Source: Puniceicoccales bacterium
GTDB lineage: Bacteria; Verrucomicrobiota; Verrucomicrobiia; Opitutales; LL51
Direction: 5' to 3'
NCBI GenBank assembly: GCA_031257405.1
Contig: JAIROS010000002.1
Span: 10,512-74,511, forward strand
DNA: 64,000 nt
The position numbers and the translations under genes were made by a program. The notes under the pieces were generated by a model. The model ran no database searches, was not told where the DNA came from, and saw only the letters and a list, made by a program, of their open reading frames with translations. Below, piece after piece: positions 38,574 through 47,879 of this stretch (position 1 is the first letter of the stretch; every line of letters starts with the position of its first letter).

Positions 38574-39005
38574 CTACACCACCAACGGAATCGGCCGCTG
38601 CGCCCCGTGGGGATGCTCCGAACCCGCATAAATCCTCAATTTTCGAATCATCGCATTGGCTAAACGATTCCGCTGCAACATCCCCTTTACCGCATGCTCA
38701 ATGATAAATTCCGGCCGCCGCTCCCGCATCTTCCCCAGCGAAACACGCCGCTCATTCCCTAAATACATCGAATAAAACATATACTGCTTGTCCAATTCCT
38801 TCTTCCCCGTCACCTTCACCTTGTCGGCATTAATGACAATCACAAAATCACCATTGTCGACGTGGGGCGTAAACGTCGGCTTATCCTTCCCGCGCAACAC
38901 ATTCGCAACCCTTACCGCCAACTTTCCAAGCACAATACCCGCCGCATCAATAATGCGCCATGCCTTATTCTGCGCGTCCTCCTTCCTCACCAAAGTCGTC
39001 TTCAT
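38574..39005 (-). CDS. rplM: 50S ribosomal protein L13
   Basis: 143-aa ORF (W..IDA.G.VLG.LA..VA..LRGK.KP.FTPHVD.GD.V.VINA.K). Confidence 0.95.
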   Translation of the reverse strand: MKTTLVRKEDAQNKAWRIIDAAGIVLGKLAVRVANVLRGKDKPTFTPHVDNGDFVIVINADKVKVTGKKELDKQYMFYSMYLGNERRVSLGKMRERRPEFIIEHAVKGMLQRNRLANAMIRKLRIYAGSEHPHGAQRPIPLVV

Positions 39006-39042
39006 ACCACACTCACAGGCCTAACTCGCCCTAACTCCTGCA

Positions 39043-39070
39043 ACGCTAAATTCGCTCCAACCTTTGTCAA
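39043..39070 (-). promoter_or_regulatory. Putative rplM-rpsI promoter (TTGACA-N16-TAGCGT)
   Basis: The minus strand reads aataaaaaaggcTTGACAaaggttggagcgaattTAGCGT, 37 nt upstream of the rplM ATG. Confidence 0.35.
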
Positions 39071-39136
39071 GCCTTTTTTATTAAAAATTTTAGCAGCCGC
39101 CCCGCCGCCGTCGCCACAAATTTTAACACCCTCAAA

Positions 39137-40516
39137 TCATTTACACAATAAAGATGTGCCCATTTTCAGAAAAATAAACGTCGAAATCGGTTCCAATATC
39201 GCCGTCAAAATAATCGTCGAACTGTTCGCCGGATCTAACTTCATTCGCTTCAAAAAAATAGGAACAAACGCTCCCAAAACACCCCCAATAATCATATTAA
39301 TCGTCAGCGAACTGAAAACCAATAACCCCATAATTACCTTGCCCGTCCATACCACCGCCATTACGCCAGCTAGCGTGCCAATAATTAAACCACTCACTAA
39401 CCCTTTTAAAATTTCTTTTACATAAATGCGTTTGATGTCGATGGATAACAGCTCGTCCAACGCTAAACCGCGAATCGCTATCGATAATACCTGCGACCCC
39501 GCATTGTCACTCAAAATTGTAATCAAATTTAAAAACGCCGCTAAAATCGTCACCTGCTGAATCTGCTCCGCAAACCCCGAAATCACACTCGTGCTTATCA
39601 ATGTAAAAAATAAATTAATCACCAGCCAGGGCGTACGCCGCCGCACACTGTACCAAACATCGTCCGTAATGTGCTCGTCGCCGCCCGCACCGTACAACTT
39701 CTGCATGTCCGCCGTCGCCGATTCGTGCAGGATATTAATGACGTCGTCGTAGGTGATGATGCCCAGCAAACGCCCCTGATTATCCACAACGGGCAGCGTC
39801 TGCACGTGGCATTCGGTCATGGTCAACGCAACGTCCTGCTTGGATTCGCTGGGCTTACAAACGCCGATTATGTCGCGCTCCATGATATCGGCAATGGCCT
39901 GCTGGGACTTCGCCCAGATGAGATCGCGTACCGTCGTCGTGCCAATTAACCGCCGCAGGTGATCAACTACGTAAAGAATATCGCTATTTTCCGTCTCATT
40001 TTTTTCCCGGCGAATGTACTGGATGGCCTGGTCGACCGTCATCGAACCGCGCAGCGTCGTCACATAAGGCGTCATAACCCCACCCGCCGTTTCGGAGTCG
40101 TAACACATGAGATTGCGCAGCGTCTCCGCAAATTCCTTACTCAACTTGCCGAGGAGGCGTTCCCGGTCGCGGATCTCGACGTTCAGCAGCAAATCGACGG
40201 CATCATCGGGCTCCAGCTCCTCGAGGATCTTAACCGCACGATTGTCGCGCATTTCACTGAGAATCTCTGCCGAATCGCAGGAATTCATTTCGGCGAGGAC
40301 GAGCGAAGCATCGGAGGAAGATAATTTGCGCAAAATAAACTGCTGATCTTCCGAATCGAGGCGCTCCAGGAAACAACCGACGTCGTAGGGCGAAGTATTG
40401 GCGAGTTTTACGGGGTCGATGGCATCGAGTGCCCCTTCGGCAAACGCTACCAGCTCCTCGAGCGAATACTGTTCCAATTTACGGGCAACGGCATGATTTT
40501 GAATGACACTGGGCAT
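39137..40516 (-). CDS. mgtE: Magnesium transporter MgtE
   Basis: 459-aa ORF with an N-terminal MgtE domain, tandem CBS domains, and a C-terminal five-helix transmembrane domain (PFIATLVD-like region, here replaced by FLNLITILSDNAGSQ). Confidence 0.88.
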   Translation of the reverse strand: MPSVIQNHAVARKLEQYSLEELVAFAEGALDAIDPVKLANTSPYDVGCFLERLDSEDQQFILRKLSSSDASLVLAEMNSCDSAEILSEMRDNRAVKILEELEPDDAVDLLLNVEIRDRERLLGKLSKEFAETLRNLMCYDSETAGGVMTPYVTTLRGSMTVDQAIQYIRREKNETENSDILYVVDHLRRLIGTTTVRDLIWAKSQQAIADIMERDIIGVCKPSESKQDVALTMTECHVQTLPVVDNQGRLLGIITYDDVINILHESATADMQKLYGAGGDEHITDDVWYSVRRRTPWLVINLFFTLISTSVISGFAEQIQQVTILAAFLNLITILSDNAGSQVLSIAIRGLALDELLSIDIKRIYVKEILKGLVSGLIIGTLAGVMAVVWTGKVIMGLLVFSSLTINMIIGGVLGAFVPIFLKRMKLDPANSSTIILTAILEPISTFIFLKMGTSLLCK

Positions 40517-40719
40517 TTTTCAACAACATAAAAGGTTATCAAAAGTGGCCATTCTATATCTTGTAAAACGCGCGTAATGCAATACTAAATTTTCATTATT
40601 TGAATTTTTTTTTATTTTTTTGCCAACGGCACCGGATTTTTTTTATTTTGCGGCTATTTCTCGCCAAAAATCTCCCCGGCGGCCATAGCGGATTCATTTA
40701 CTTTGGAAAGATATTAATG

Positions 40720-40794
40720 TGGCGTTCCTGCCGGGACTCGAACCCAGACCCTCGGTTCCGAAGACCGATGCTCTATCCATTGAACTACAGGAAC
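40720..40794 (-). tRNA. trnR: tRNA-Arg (anticodon TCG)
   Basis: Hand-folded: GTTCCTG-TA-GTTC-AATGGATA-GAGC-A-TCGGT-CTTCGGA-ACCGA-GGGT-CTGGG-TTCGAGT-CCCGG-CAGGAAC-G-CCA. Confidence 0.85.
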
Positions 40795-40863
40795 TTTTGG
40801 CGGTTTTACGGCTCCGATATGATCCGCGGTGGGAATTTATCGGCCGTTACTCTTACTGTCGGG

Positions 40864-40938
40864 TGGCGTTCTTGCCGGGATTCGAACCCAGATTTTCGGT
40901 TCCGGAGACCGATGTTCTATCCATTGAACTACAGGAAC
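40864..40938 (-). tRNA. trnR: tRNA-Arg (anticodon CCG)
   Basis: Same scaffold as the neighbouring gene, with 7 differences in 75 nt. The anticodon loop is CTCCGGA. The acceptor stem has a C5-A68 mismatch. Confidence 0.8.
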
Positions 40939-41230
40939 TCGCTGCCAACCTGCCCAAAGATTGCTAACAACGGCCCAAAGTCAAGCCATTCTGCGACCAC
41001 GGCGGCCATTTTGGCAAATTTATGAGTCTGTGCGGCGTAACTATGATGGCGGTATATTTTTCTAAAAATTTTAAAAACTTTACGATTCGCCGAGCTGAAA
41101 ATTTTACACCCATACTCTAATATATATTTGGAAAATTGACCGGAGGTATTGCGCAGCGCCGCCGAAAAATATCCTTGCGGAGCCGAAAATTTTACTATCA
41201 TTTTGCCCGTTTTTTCCCTAAAGTAGTCTT

Positions 41231-42319
41231 ATGCTGCGGCGTCTTTCACGCATCGTCCCCATCGGCAGCCTCAACATAGGCGGCAATTGCCCCGTCCGCG
41301 TGCAATCCATGACCAATACGCCAACCCAAAACGTCGCCGCAACGGTCCAACAAATCCGCCAACTCTGCGACGCTCAGTGCGAAATCGTCCGCGTCACCAT
41401 ACCCAACTCTGCCGCCGTCGACGCCCTCAAACGCATCAAAACCCAGCTCCAAAGCGATAAAATCGATATCCCAGTCGTCGCCGACATCCATTTTTCCCCA
41501 TCGATCGCCCTGGCATGCGTCCCTCACGCCGACAAAATCCGCATTAACCCAGGAAATTTTGTTGACAACGGTCACGCCTTTCGGAATCTCATCCGCTCCG
41601 CTAAAAAAGAAGGTAAGGCGATTCGCATCGGCGCTAATCGCGGCTCGTTGAGTAAAAATATTTTAAATCGGTGGGGCCATACCGCCGAGGGAATGTTCCA
41701 AAGCGCGTTGCCTTTCCTCGAAATCGCTAAAAATGAAAATTTTTTTAATATTATTTTATCATTTAAGTCCAGTAGCGCGAGCCAGATGGTCGACGATCAC
41801 CGCGCGATTTTACCAAAAATTGACCAACTCGGCTTCAATTTTCCCATCCACCTGGGCGTCACAGAAGCCGGAAATGATCGCTATGGCCGCATAAAAAGCG
41901 CGGTGGGCATCGGTAGTCTGCTGCTCGACGGCATCGGCGACACCATCCGCGTATCGCTGACGGAAGACCCTACCCGCGAAATCGCCGTGGCTTACGACAT
42001 TTTACAAGCCTGCGGTCGCCGATTCACCCACGCCGAATACGTCGCTTGCCCGTCCTGCGGCCGAACGCAATTTGATATCCAGCGCGTTTTTAACGAAATT
42101 AAGGAAAAAACAGCCCATTTGAGTGGCATAAAAATTGCGGTTATGGGGTGTGCGGTGAACGGCATCGGGGAGATGGGCGACGCGGATTTTGGCTACGTGG
42201 GCGCTGGGCCGGGGAAGGTCAATTTGTACCGCCACGGCCGGTGCATCCACATGAATATTCCCGAGCAAAATGCTACCGAAACGCTACTCAAACTGATCGA
42301 AAATTGCCAAAAAAAGTAA
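41231..42319 (+). CDS. ispG: 4-hydroxy-3-methylbut-2-enyl diphosphate synthase
   Basis: 362-aa ORF (IGG..PV.VQSMTNT.T......Q I..L...CEIVRV.; C-terminal CPSCGR...GC.VNG). Confidence 0.93.
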   Translation: MLRRLSRIVPIGSLNIGGNCPVRVQSMTNTPTQNVAATVQQIRQLCDAQCEIVRVTIPNSAAVDALKRIKTQLQSDKIDIPVVADIHFSPSIALACVPHADKIRINPGNFVDNGHAFRNLIRSAKKEGKAIRIGANRGSLSKNILNRWGHTAEGMFQSALPFLEIAKNENFFNIILSFKSSSASQMVDDHRAILPKIDQLGFNFPIHLGVTEAGNDRYGRIKSAVGIGSLLLDGIGDTIRVSLTEDPTREIAVAYDILQACGRRFTHAEYVACPSCGRTQFDIQRVFNEIKEKTAHLSGIKIAVMGCAVNGIGEMGDADFGYVGAGPGKVNLYRHGRCIHMNIPEQNATETLLKLIENCQKK

Positions 42320-42366
42320 TTATTCTTTCCGTTTGACATGGCATTGTAAAAAAAAATAGTTTCGCC

Positions 42367-43398
42367 ATGCGATTTCAGCTTTCTTTGGAGGAAATTCGAA
42401 CCATTGCGCAACCCGAGCAGATTTTGGGGAATTTCCCTGGAAATATCACGCAAATTGCTGCGCTTCGGGAGGCACAAGCGGGCGCCCTTTCCTTCCTCGC
42501 GAACCCAAAATATTCCGGCGACGTTGCCATTTCGAAGGCCTCACTTTTACTGCTTCCGAAAAAATTCGATCACATTCCGGCGGCGAATCAGGCTATTTTT
42601 TTCTGCGAAAATCCTTCCGCCGCGCTTGCTAAAATCTGCCGGCACATTGAAAAAATGGGCGAAAATACAGCTCCTGCCGCGATCCACCCTTCGGCCATCA
42701 TCCCTCCCGGGACTGTGTTGGGGGAAAATGTTTCCATTGGCGCCCACGTTACGTTTGAAGAAAATGTAAAAATTGGTAAAAATACGAGCATTGGCGCCGG
42801 GACTTTCATTGGTAATGGGGTTTCCGTTGGGGAAAATGTAAAAATTTTTCCGAATGTATCGGTGATGGCTTTTTCGCAAATTGGTCATTTTGTTACGCTA
42901 CATGCTGGAGTCGTGATTGGTTCCGACGGGTTTGGTTTTGTAAAAATCGAAGATCGGCACGAAAAAATTCCGCAAATCGGCAACGTAATTCTTGAAGATC
43001 ACGTCGAAATCGGCGCCAACACGACCATCGACCGCGCCCGCTTTGCTTCGACGATTATCGGCCAGGGAACGAAAATCGATAATCTCGTTCAGATCGGCCA
43101 CAACGTTAAAATTGGTAAAAATTGTATTATTATTTCACAAGTCGGCATCGCCGGCAGCACGATTATCGGCGACAACGCGACCATTGGAGGGCAAGTCGGT
43201 ATCGCCGGCCACTTGCACATCGCCGATGGCACTCAAATTTGCGCCCAATCGGGCGTCACGAAAGATACCGAGCCAAACGCCGTCCTACTGGGATCGCCGG
43301 CAGCCCCCTACAAAGAAGCCGTCCGACAATTCGCCAGCATAGCCCGACTCCCAGAAATCCTGAAAAAATTCAGTAAAATAATATCTAAAAATCCATAA
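42367..43398 (+). CDS. lpxD: UDP-3-O-acylglucosamine N-acyltransferase
   Basis: 343-aa ORF with the N-terminal LSFLANPKY motif followed by a long left-handed beta-helix of hexapeptide repeats. Confidence 0.92.
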   Translation: MRFQLSLEEIRTIAQPEQILGNFPGNITQIAALREAQAGALSFLANPKYSGDVAISKASLLLLPKKFDHIPAANQAIFFCENPSAALAKICRHIEKMGENTAPAAIHPSAIIPPGTVLGENVSIGAHVTFEENVKIGKNTSIGAGTFIGNGVSVGENVKIFPNVSVMAFSQIGHFVTLHAGVVIGSDGFGFVKIEDRHEKIPQIGNVILEDHVEIGANTTIDRARFASTIIGQGTKIDNLVQIGHNVKIGKNCIIISQVGIAGSTIIGDNATIGGQVGIAGHLHIADGTQICAQSGVTKDTEPNAVLLGSPAAPYKEAVRQFASIARLPEILKKFSKIISKNP

Positions 43399-43442
43399 AA
43401 ATAACAAAAATTATCGGCCACAGAAATCAACTCCCCTATTCC

Positions 43443-43462
43443 TAAAAACGGAATTGCCTCCG
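43443..43462 (-). terminator. Possible intrinsic terminator after the peptidase-like gene
   Basis: The minus strand reads CGGAGGCAATTCCG followed by TTTTTAGG (stem of 4-5 bp), 23 nt past the stop codon. Confidence 0.35.
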
Positions 43463-43484
43463 ACAAATGAGACTCCTTTATTCC

Positions 43485-45062
43485 CTAAAAACCAAACCAT
43501 CGCCGAAATCGTTCCATAAATCTTCCCTCAATTCTTGGCTGCTCATAGTTTTCATGTTGATATTGCCCCGCTTTTTTTATGAAATCTATTATGTTAGGAG
43601 TAATCCATGGGCCGCTGTATATAGCCAAAGCATCATAACCTTCATTGCCGTTTTTCCTAAAAATAAGACTTCCACTAAACCCAGACCCACAGAGAGGTGA
43701 GGAATAAGAAGACTTCTTGTTCTTAAATTCTTCTAAACATTTTTTACATTCGCTGCTTAATTTTTTTATTTTATCTATACACTCTTTTGCGGTTTTTAAC
43801 GACCATTTTGCTCCATCTGCACATATTTTTGCTTGTTCTTTGTCTCCCCTATCCAAGGCGTCTTTCATTCTTTGATTCCAAACATTCGCAAAACCCATCT
43901 GCTTATCATACCATTGTTCTCCAAGCGAAATCTGCAACAATAAACATTCTAGAAAACGACACAAATGCAAGCCTCCCACACAACCACATCCTCCCACATT
44001 TTGACTAGTACCTTCTCCCATTAAATCTAATCCTCTCAAAGTGATTGCTTTTTTCACGCCACTTCCAAAAAAATTTCTTTTTTCCTCTCCGGAAAAGAAC
44101 GAACCCTGATCTGGACATAATCCTGTCCATCCATAGCCAATAACCACGGGACATTCATCCTCAGGAATTGCTTCTCCCGGAGATTTTTCCAAATTGACAT
44201 GGTAAGGTGGAGTGCCTCCTGCCCTATAATCGACTAAAGAAAATTGATCAAAGGGGAATCCAAAAACGGTTTCCTCTTCGCATTTTATCGGTTTATACAA
44301 TATGAGTAGAACTAAATCGTAACAAACGATTCTCCCCTCATCGCCGGTTTCCTCCTTTTTACCAGGCAAAAAATACATATGGGTAACGGGGATTCTCTCT
44401 GAAATTTTTCCCCATTCTAGTCTAACATTAATTTCGGTGATTGTCAAGTTACCGTTTTCTTTGCCGAACAAAAAACTCCCGTTTTTGGAAAGTCCCTCAT
44501 TTTGTTTAAAATGTCTCATTTCCTGCCCACCGAACGATATGACTTCATCGCCTCCATTTTCAGGCAAAACTAGCTCCTTAATATCATTATTCTCAAATTC
44601 TGGCAATACGGCGTGCGCACAGGTTATAACGCACCTTCCCTCTAATCCCCGAATATTCAGATTGACTATATTACCTGTAGCGCCACGTGCAGAGAATGAT
44701 CCTGGTTTGACTTGGCCAGTAATTGGATTATATTCCATACTTTCGTTTTCAACGTGAACAATACTCATCGCCTCCCGCCTCAGATCTCCATTCCGAACGC
44801 GCTCAACGTCTTCTAGTTTGAAACAAGCCTCAGGAAAAATATCTTCATCGTGTAAAAATTTCCTAGCTTCCCGCTTTTCTTCTTCGGAAACTGCTCCGGA
44901 AGTATCTTTCAATTTTCTGAAGGCTTCGGCGATTTGTTTCGCTTCCAATTGTGGATCAACGGCTTCCGGCGAAGAATCAGTGGCTACTGCCTTACCGTAA
45001 CCCATACTCAGCAATAAACCTATGCTGTATATCCTTAATTTTATTGTTTTGTTTCTTACCAT
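43485..45062 (-). CDS. Secreted protein with a divergent trypsin-like (S1/PA-clan) His-Asp-Ser arrangement
   Basis: The ORF track gives 43485..45092. The ATG at 45062 gives a signal peptide MVRNKTIKLRIYSIGLLLSMGYGKAVA. Candidate triad contexts are VITCAHAV, CYDLVLLIL and CGSGFSGSLIF. Confidence 0.55.
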   Translation of the reverse strand: MVRNKTIKLRIYSIGLLLSMGYGKAVATDSSPEAVDPQLEAKQIAEAFRKLKDTSGAVSEEEKREARKFLHDEDIFPEACFKLEDVERVRNGDLRREAMSIVHVENESMEYNPITGQVKPGSFSARGATGNIVNLNIRGLEGRCVITCAHAVLPEFENNDIKELVLPENGGDEVISFGGQEMRHFKQNEGLSKNGSFLFGKENGNLTITEINVRLEWGKISERIPVTHMYFLPGKKEETGDEGRIVCYDLVLLILYKPIKCEEETVFGFPFDQFSLVDYRAGGTPPYHVNLEKSPGEAIPEDECPVVIGYGWTGLCPDQGSFFSGEEKRNFFGSGVKKAITLRGLDLMGEGTSQNVGGCGCVGGLHLCRFLECLLLQISLGEQWYDKQMGFANVWNQRMKDALDRGDKEQAKICADGAKWSLKTAKECIDKIKKLSSECKKCLEEFKNKKSSYSSPLCGSGFSGSLIFRKNGNEGYDALAIYSGPWITPNIIDFIKKAGQYQHENYEQPRIEGRFMERFRRWFGF

Positions 45063-45072
45063 AGTTATATTG

Positions 45073-45102
45073 GATATATCAGTCCCATTCAATCAATGTC
45101 AA
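45073..45102 (-). promoter_or_regulatory. Putative promoter of the peptidase-like gene
   Basis: The minus strand reads aaaaaaagcTTGACAttgattgaatgggacTGaTATATCcaatataactATG. It has a perfect -35 and an extended -10. The ATG is about 11 nt after the -10 with no Shine-Dalgarno sequence. Confidence 0.45.
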
Positions 45103-45166
45103 GCTTTTTTTGGGGAAAATTTTGCATTTGAAGAAATTTCTTCGGCGATTTAGATAATCGTCCATC

Positions 45167-46477
45167 ATGACGGTCGCACTGTGCTCGATTTTTTGCGGAC
45201 TCTGCCTGGGATCCCTCCTCTACCGCTCCAGTAAATATAACGCCGAACGAAATGCCCTGGCTACCCAATTGAAAGACGCCCAAAACCGTTGCACCGAAAT
45301 CGCTACCCAAAAAGCCGAACTCCAAGGAAAATTGTCCGCCATCGAAATCCAGTTTTTACAAAAAAATCAGGAATTTAATAAACTTCTTGAACATTTCCAA
45401 CAAATCTCCGCCGAAAAAATCACCCTCGAAACGACCCGCAGCGAAATCCTTCGGCACCGCGAACAATTAAAACTCGAACTCACTGCCCTCTCCCAGGAAA
45501 TTTTAGAGGCCAAAAAACAAAAATTTTCCGAGGAAACCCAAAAGGAAATCGGCCACCTCATCGCCGACCTCCAAAAAGAATTCTCCACCTTCAAAAACGA
45601 AATTTTCTCCCCGGAAACAAAATCGCGCACCGAATTGTCCACCCACCTCAAATCGCTCCTCGATAACGTGCAAAAAATGCACAGCGAAGCCGAAAATCTA
45701 ACAAACGCCCTCCGCAATAACGCTAAAACTCAGGGTGATTGGGGCGAAGTCCAACTGGAAAACCTCCTCGAACAAGCCGGCCTGTCCGAAGAAAATGGCG
45801 ACTATGTGAAGCAGGGTAAGGGCCTCGAATTGAAGACCGATAGCGGTGCCGCAAAACCCGATTTCCTCATAAAACTCCCGCGAAATCAGTGGATTTTGAT
45901 CGACGCGAAGGTCTCGCTGTCCGCCTACGAACGCATGGTCAACGGCACCGACCCCCAAGATCGCGAGCGGTCCCTTCAACAACATATCGCCTCCATCCAA
46001 AAACATATCGACGAAGTCGCCAAATACCACCAAATCAACAATACTATCGATATTTGCCCATTTTTACTGCTGTTCCTGCCCATCGAATCCGCTTACGCCA
46101 GCGCCATTTCTAATCCCGCGGCCCAAAAAAAGGATATCGCCGAGTACGCCCGTCAAAAAAATGTCATCATCGTCTACCCCTCCACGCTATTCCTGACTTT
46201 GCGGCTGATCCAAGCGATTTGGCAGGTGGAAAAACAAAATCTCAACGCCCAGGAAATCGCTGACCGCGGCGGGAAATTGTACGATAAATTTTGCGGATTG
46301 CTTGACGAATTGCGGGAATTGTATAAGTTATTTGGAAAGGTGCACGAGCAGTTCGGCGACAAAATTATCCCCAAAATAAGCGGCCGCGGCGGGTTACTCA
46401 CCCAATGCGATGACCTCCAAAAACTCGGCGCAAAAAATAAAAAATTAATCAAAAAAGAAAATTTACTGGAGCAATAA
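45167..46477 (+). CDS. rmuC: DNA recombination protein RmuC
   Basis: 436-aa ORF with an N-terminal transmembrane helix, a long coiled coil, and a C-terminal RmuC nuclease-like domain (GDWGE.QLE..L...GL....Y..Q......PD....LP......IDAK). Confidence 0.88.
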   Translation: MTVALCSIFCGLCLGSLLYRSSKYNAERNALATQLKDAQNRCTEIATQKAELQGKLSAIEIQFLQKNQEFNKLLEHFQQISAEKITLETTRSEILRHREQLKLELTALSQEILEAKKQKFSEETQKEIGHLIADLQKEFSTFKNEIFSPETKSRTELSTHLKSLLDNVQKMHSEAENLTNALRNNAKTQGDWGEVQLENLLEQAGLSEENGDYVKQGKGLELKTDSGAAKPDFLIKLPRNQWILIDAKVSLSAYERMVNGTDPQDRERSLQQHIASIQKHIDEVAKYHQINNTIDICPFLLLFLPIESAYASAISNPAAQKKDIAEYARQKNVIIVYPSTLFLTLRLIQAIWQVEKQNLNAQEIADRGGKLYDKFCGLLDELRELYKLFGKVHEQFGDKIIPKISGRGGLLTQCDDLQKLGAKNKKLIKKENLLEQ

Positions 46478-46481
46478 AATT

Positions 46482-47753
46482 ATGTTGGACTTAAAATTCA
46501 TCCGCGAACATAGCGACGAAGTGCGAGCCGGAATCGCTAAAAAAAAATTTAGCTGCGACCTCGACGCGTTTATCGCCGCCGATCACGAACGACGCGACCT
46601 CATCACCCATTCGGAATCCCTCCGCGCCCAACAAAATGCCGCTAGCAACGCCGTCAAAATCCTCGATAAAAAGTCGCCCGAATTCCAATCGAAAACCGCC
46701 GAACTGCGGATGCTCTCCGAAAATGTAAAAACGCTCGACGCCCAACTCGCAATAATCGAAGCAAAATGGAAGGCCCTCTACCTCGCCATCCCCAACGTCC
46801 CCCATAAATCCGTGCCCGCCGGTAAAAACGCGGACGATAACCAGACGGTGGCGACTTGGGGCGATATCGAAAAAATTTCCCCCTTCGCTACCCCCCACTA
46901 CGACATTCCATGGTTCGGCCAGCTGATCGATTTCCCGCGGGGCGTGAAAGTAACCGGTGCCGGATTCCCGTTTTACGTCGGCGACGGGGCCCGTGTGGTG
47001 CGCGCGCTGATCACATTTTTTCTGAACGAAGCCAAGGCCAACGGCTACACCGAATGCATGGCGCCCGCCCTGGTCAACGCCGCAAGCGCGACGGCTACCG
47101 GCCAGCTCCCCGATAAAGAGGGACAGATGTATCACGACGCGGCGGACGATTTTTACATGATTCCGACGGCGGAAGTCCCGGTGACCAATTTTTTCCGCGA
47201 CGAAATTTTCGAAGCATCGAAATTGCCCATCTACCGCTGCGGGTACACGCCTTGTTTTCGCCGCGAGGCGGGGAGTTGGGGGAAGGACGTCCGCGGGCTG
47301 AATCGCCTCCACCAATTTGACAAAGTGGAGCTGGTCAAGTGGACCCACCCCGACGAGAGTTTCGAAGAGCTCGAAAAATTGAGGCGCGATGCGGAAAAAT
47401 TGCTCCAAAAACTGCGTCTCCCCTACCGCGTCTTGTCCATTTGCACCGGCGACATCGGTTTCCCGCACAGCAAGCAGTACGATTTGGAGGTTTGGTCTGG
47501 GGGGCAGAAGCGTTGGCTTGAGGTTTCCAGTTGCAGCAATTTTACTGATTTTCAGGCGCGGCGCGCGGGCATTAAGTTCCGTGAAAAATCCGGAAAATCG
47601 GCATTTGTACACACGCTCAACGGATCGGGGCTAGCGGTACCGCGGGTTTTGGCGGCGATTTTGGAAAACAATCTCCAGGCGGACGGAACGGTACTTTTGC
47701 CAGAAATTTTACAAGATTTTGTTGGAACGGAGAAAATAGGGCTTGCGAAATAA
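46482..47753 (+). CDS. serS: Seryl-tRNA synthetase
   Basis: 423-aa ORF (MLDLKFIRE...; class II motifs FRRE.GS.GKD.RGL.R.HQF.KVE and TLNGSGLAV.R). Confidence 0.96.
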   Translation: MLDLKFIREHSDEVRAGIAKKKFSCDLDAFIAADHERRDLITHSESLRAQQNAASNAVKILDKKSPEFQSKTAELRMLSENVKTLDAQLAIIEAKWKALYLAIPNVPHKSVPAGKNADDNQTVATWGDIEKISPFATPHYDIPWFGQLIDFPRGVKVTGAGFPFYVGDGARVVRALITFFLNEAKANGYTECMAPALVNAASATATGQLPDKEGQMYHDAADDFYMIPTAEVPVTNFFRDEIFEASKLPIYRCGYTPCFRREAGSWGKDVRGLNRLHQFDKVELVKWTHPDESFEELEKLRRDAEKLLQKLRLPYRVLSICTGDIGFPHSKQYDLEVWSGGQKRWLEVSSCSNFTDFQARRAGIKFREKSGKSAFVHTLNGSGLAVPRVLAAILENNLQADGTVLLPEILQDFVGTEKIGLAK

Positions 47754-47879
47754 TTTTCTCGCGCACGGTGACTTTAGATTTTTCGCCCCTGATTATTCGC
47801 GCGGCAGAGGCGGGGAATATGTGTATTTTAGCGGTATTTTGTCGCTTGAAAAATTTTTCGTTAGCCCCATAGTTGTTTT

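Noticed and set aside
40600-41025. 141-aa and 82-aa plus-strand ORFs across the two tRNA-Arg genes. Similar ORFs overlie tRNA-Trp (20124..20330), tRNA-Thr (21417..21608) and tRNA-Pro (28565..28861).
   Set aside because: They overlap hand-folded tRNA genes with complete cloverleaves. The repeated peptide SCRDSNPD.RFRRPM.YPLNYRN is the tRNA sequence translated.
46491-47612. 373-aa minus-strand ORF antisense to serS.
   Set aside because: It lies entirely within the well-supported serS gene. The translation is Arg/Gly/Phe/Val-rich with no recognisable motif, which is a typical shadow ORF on the antisense strand.
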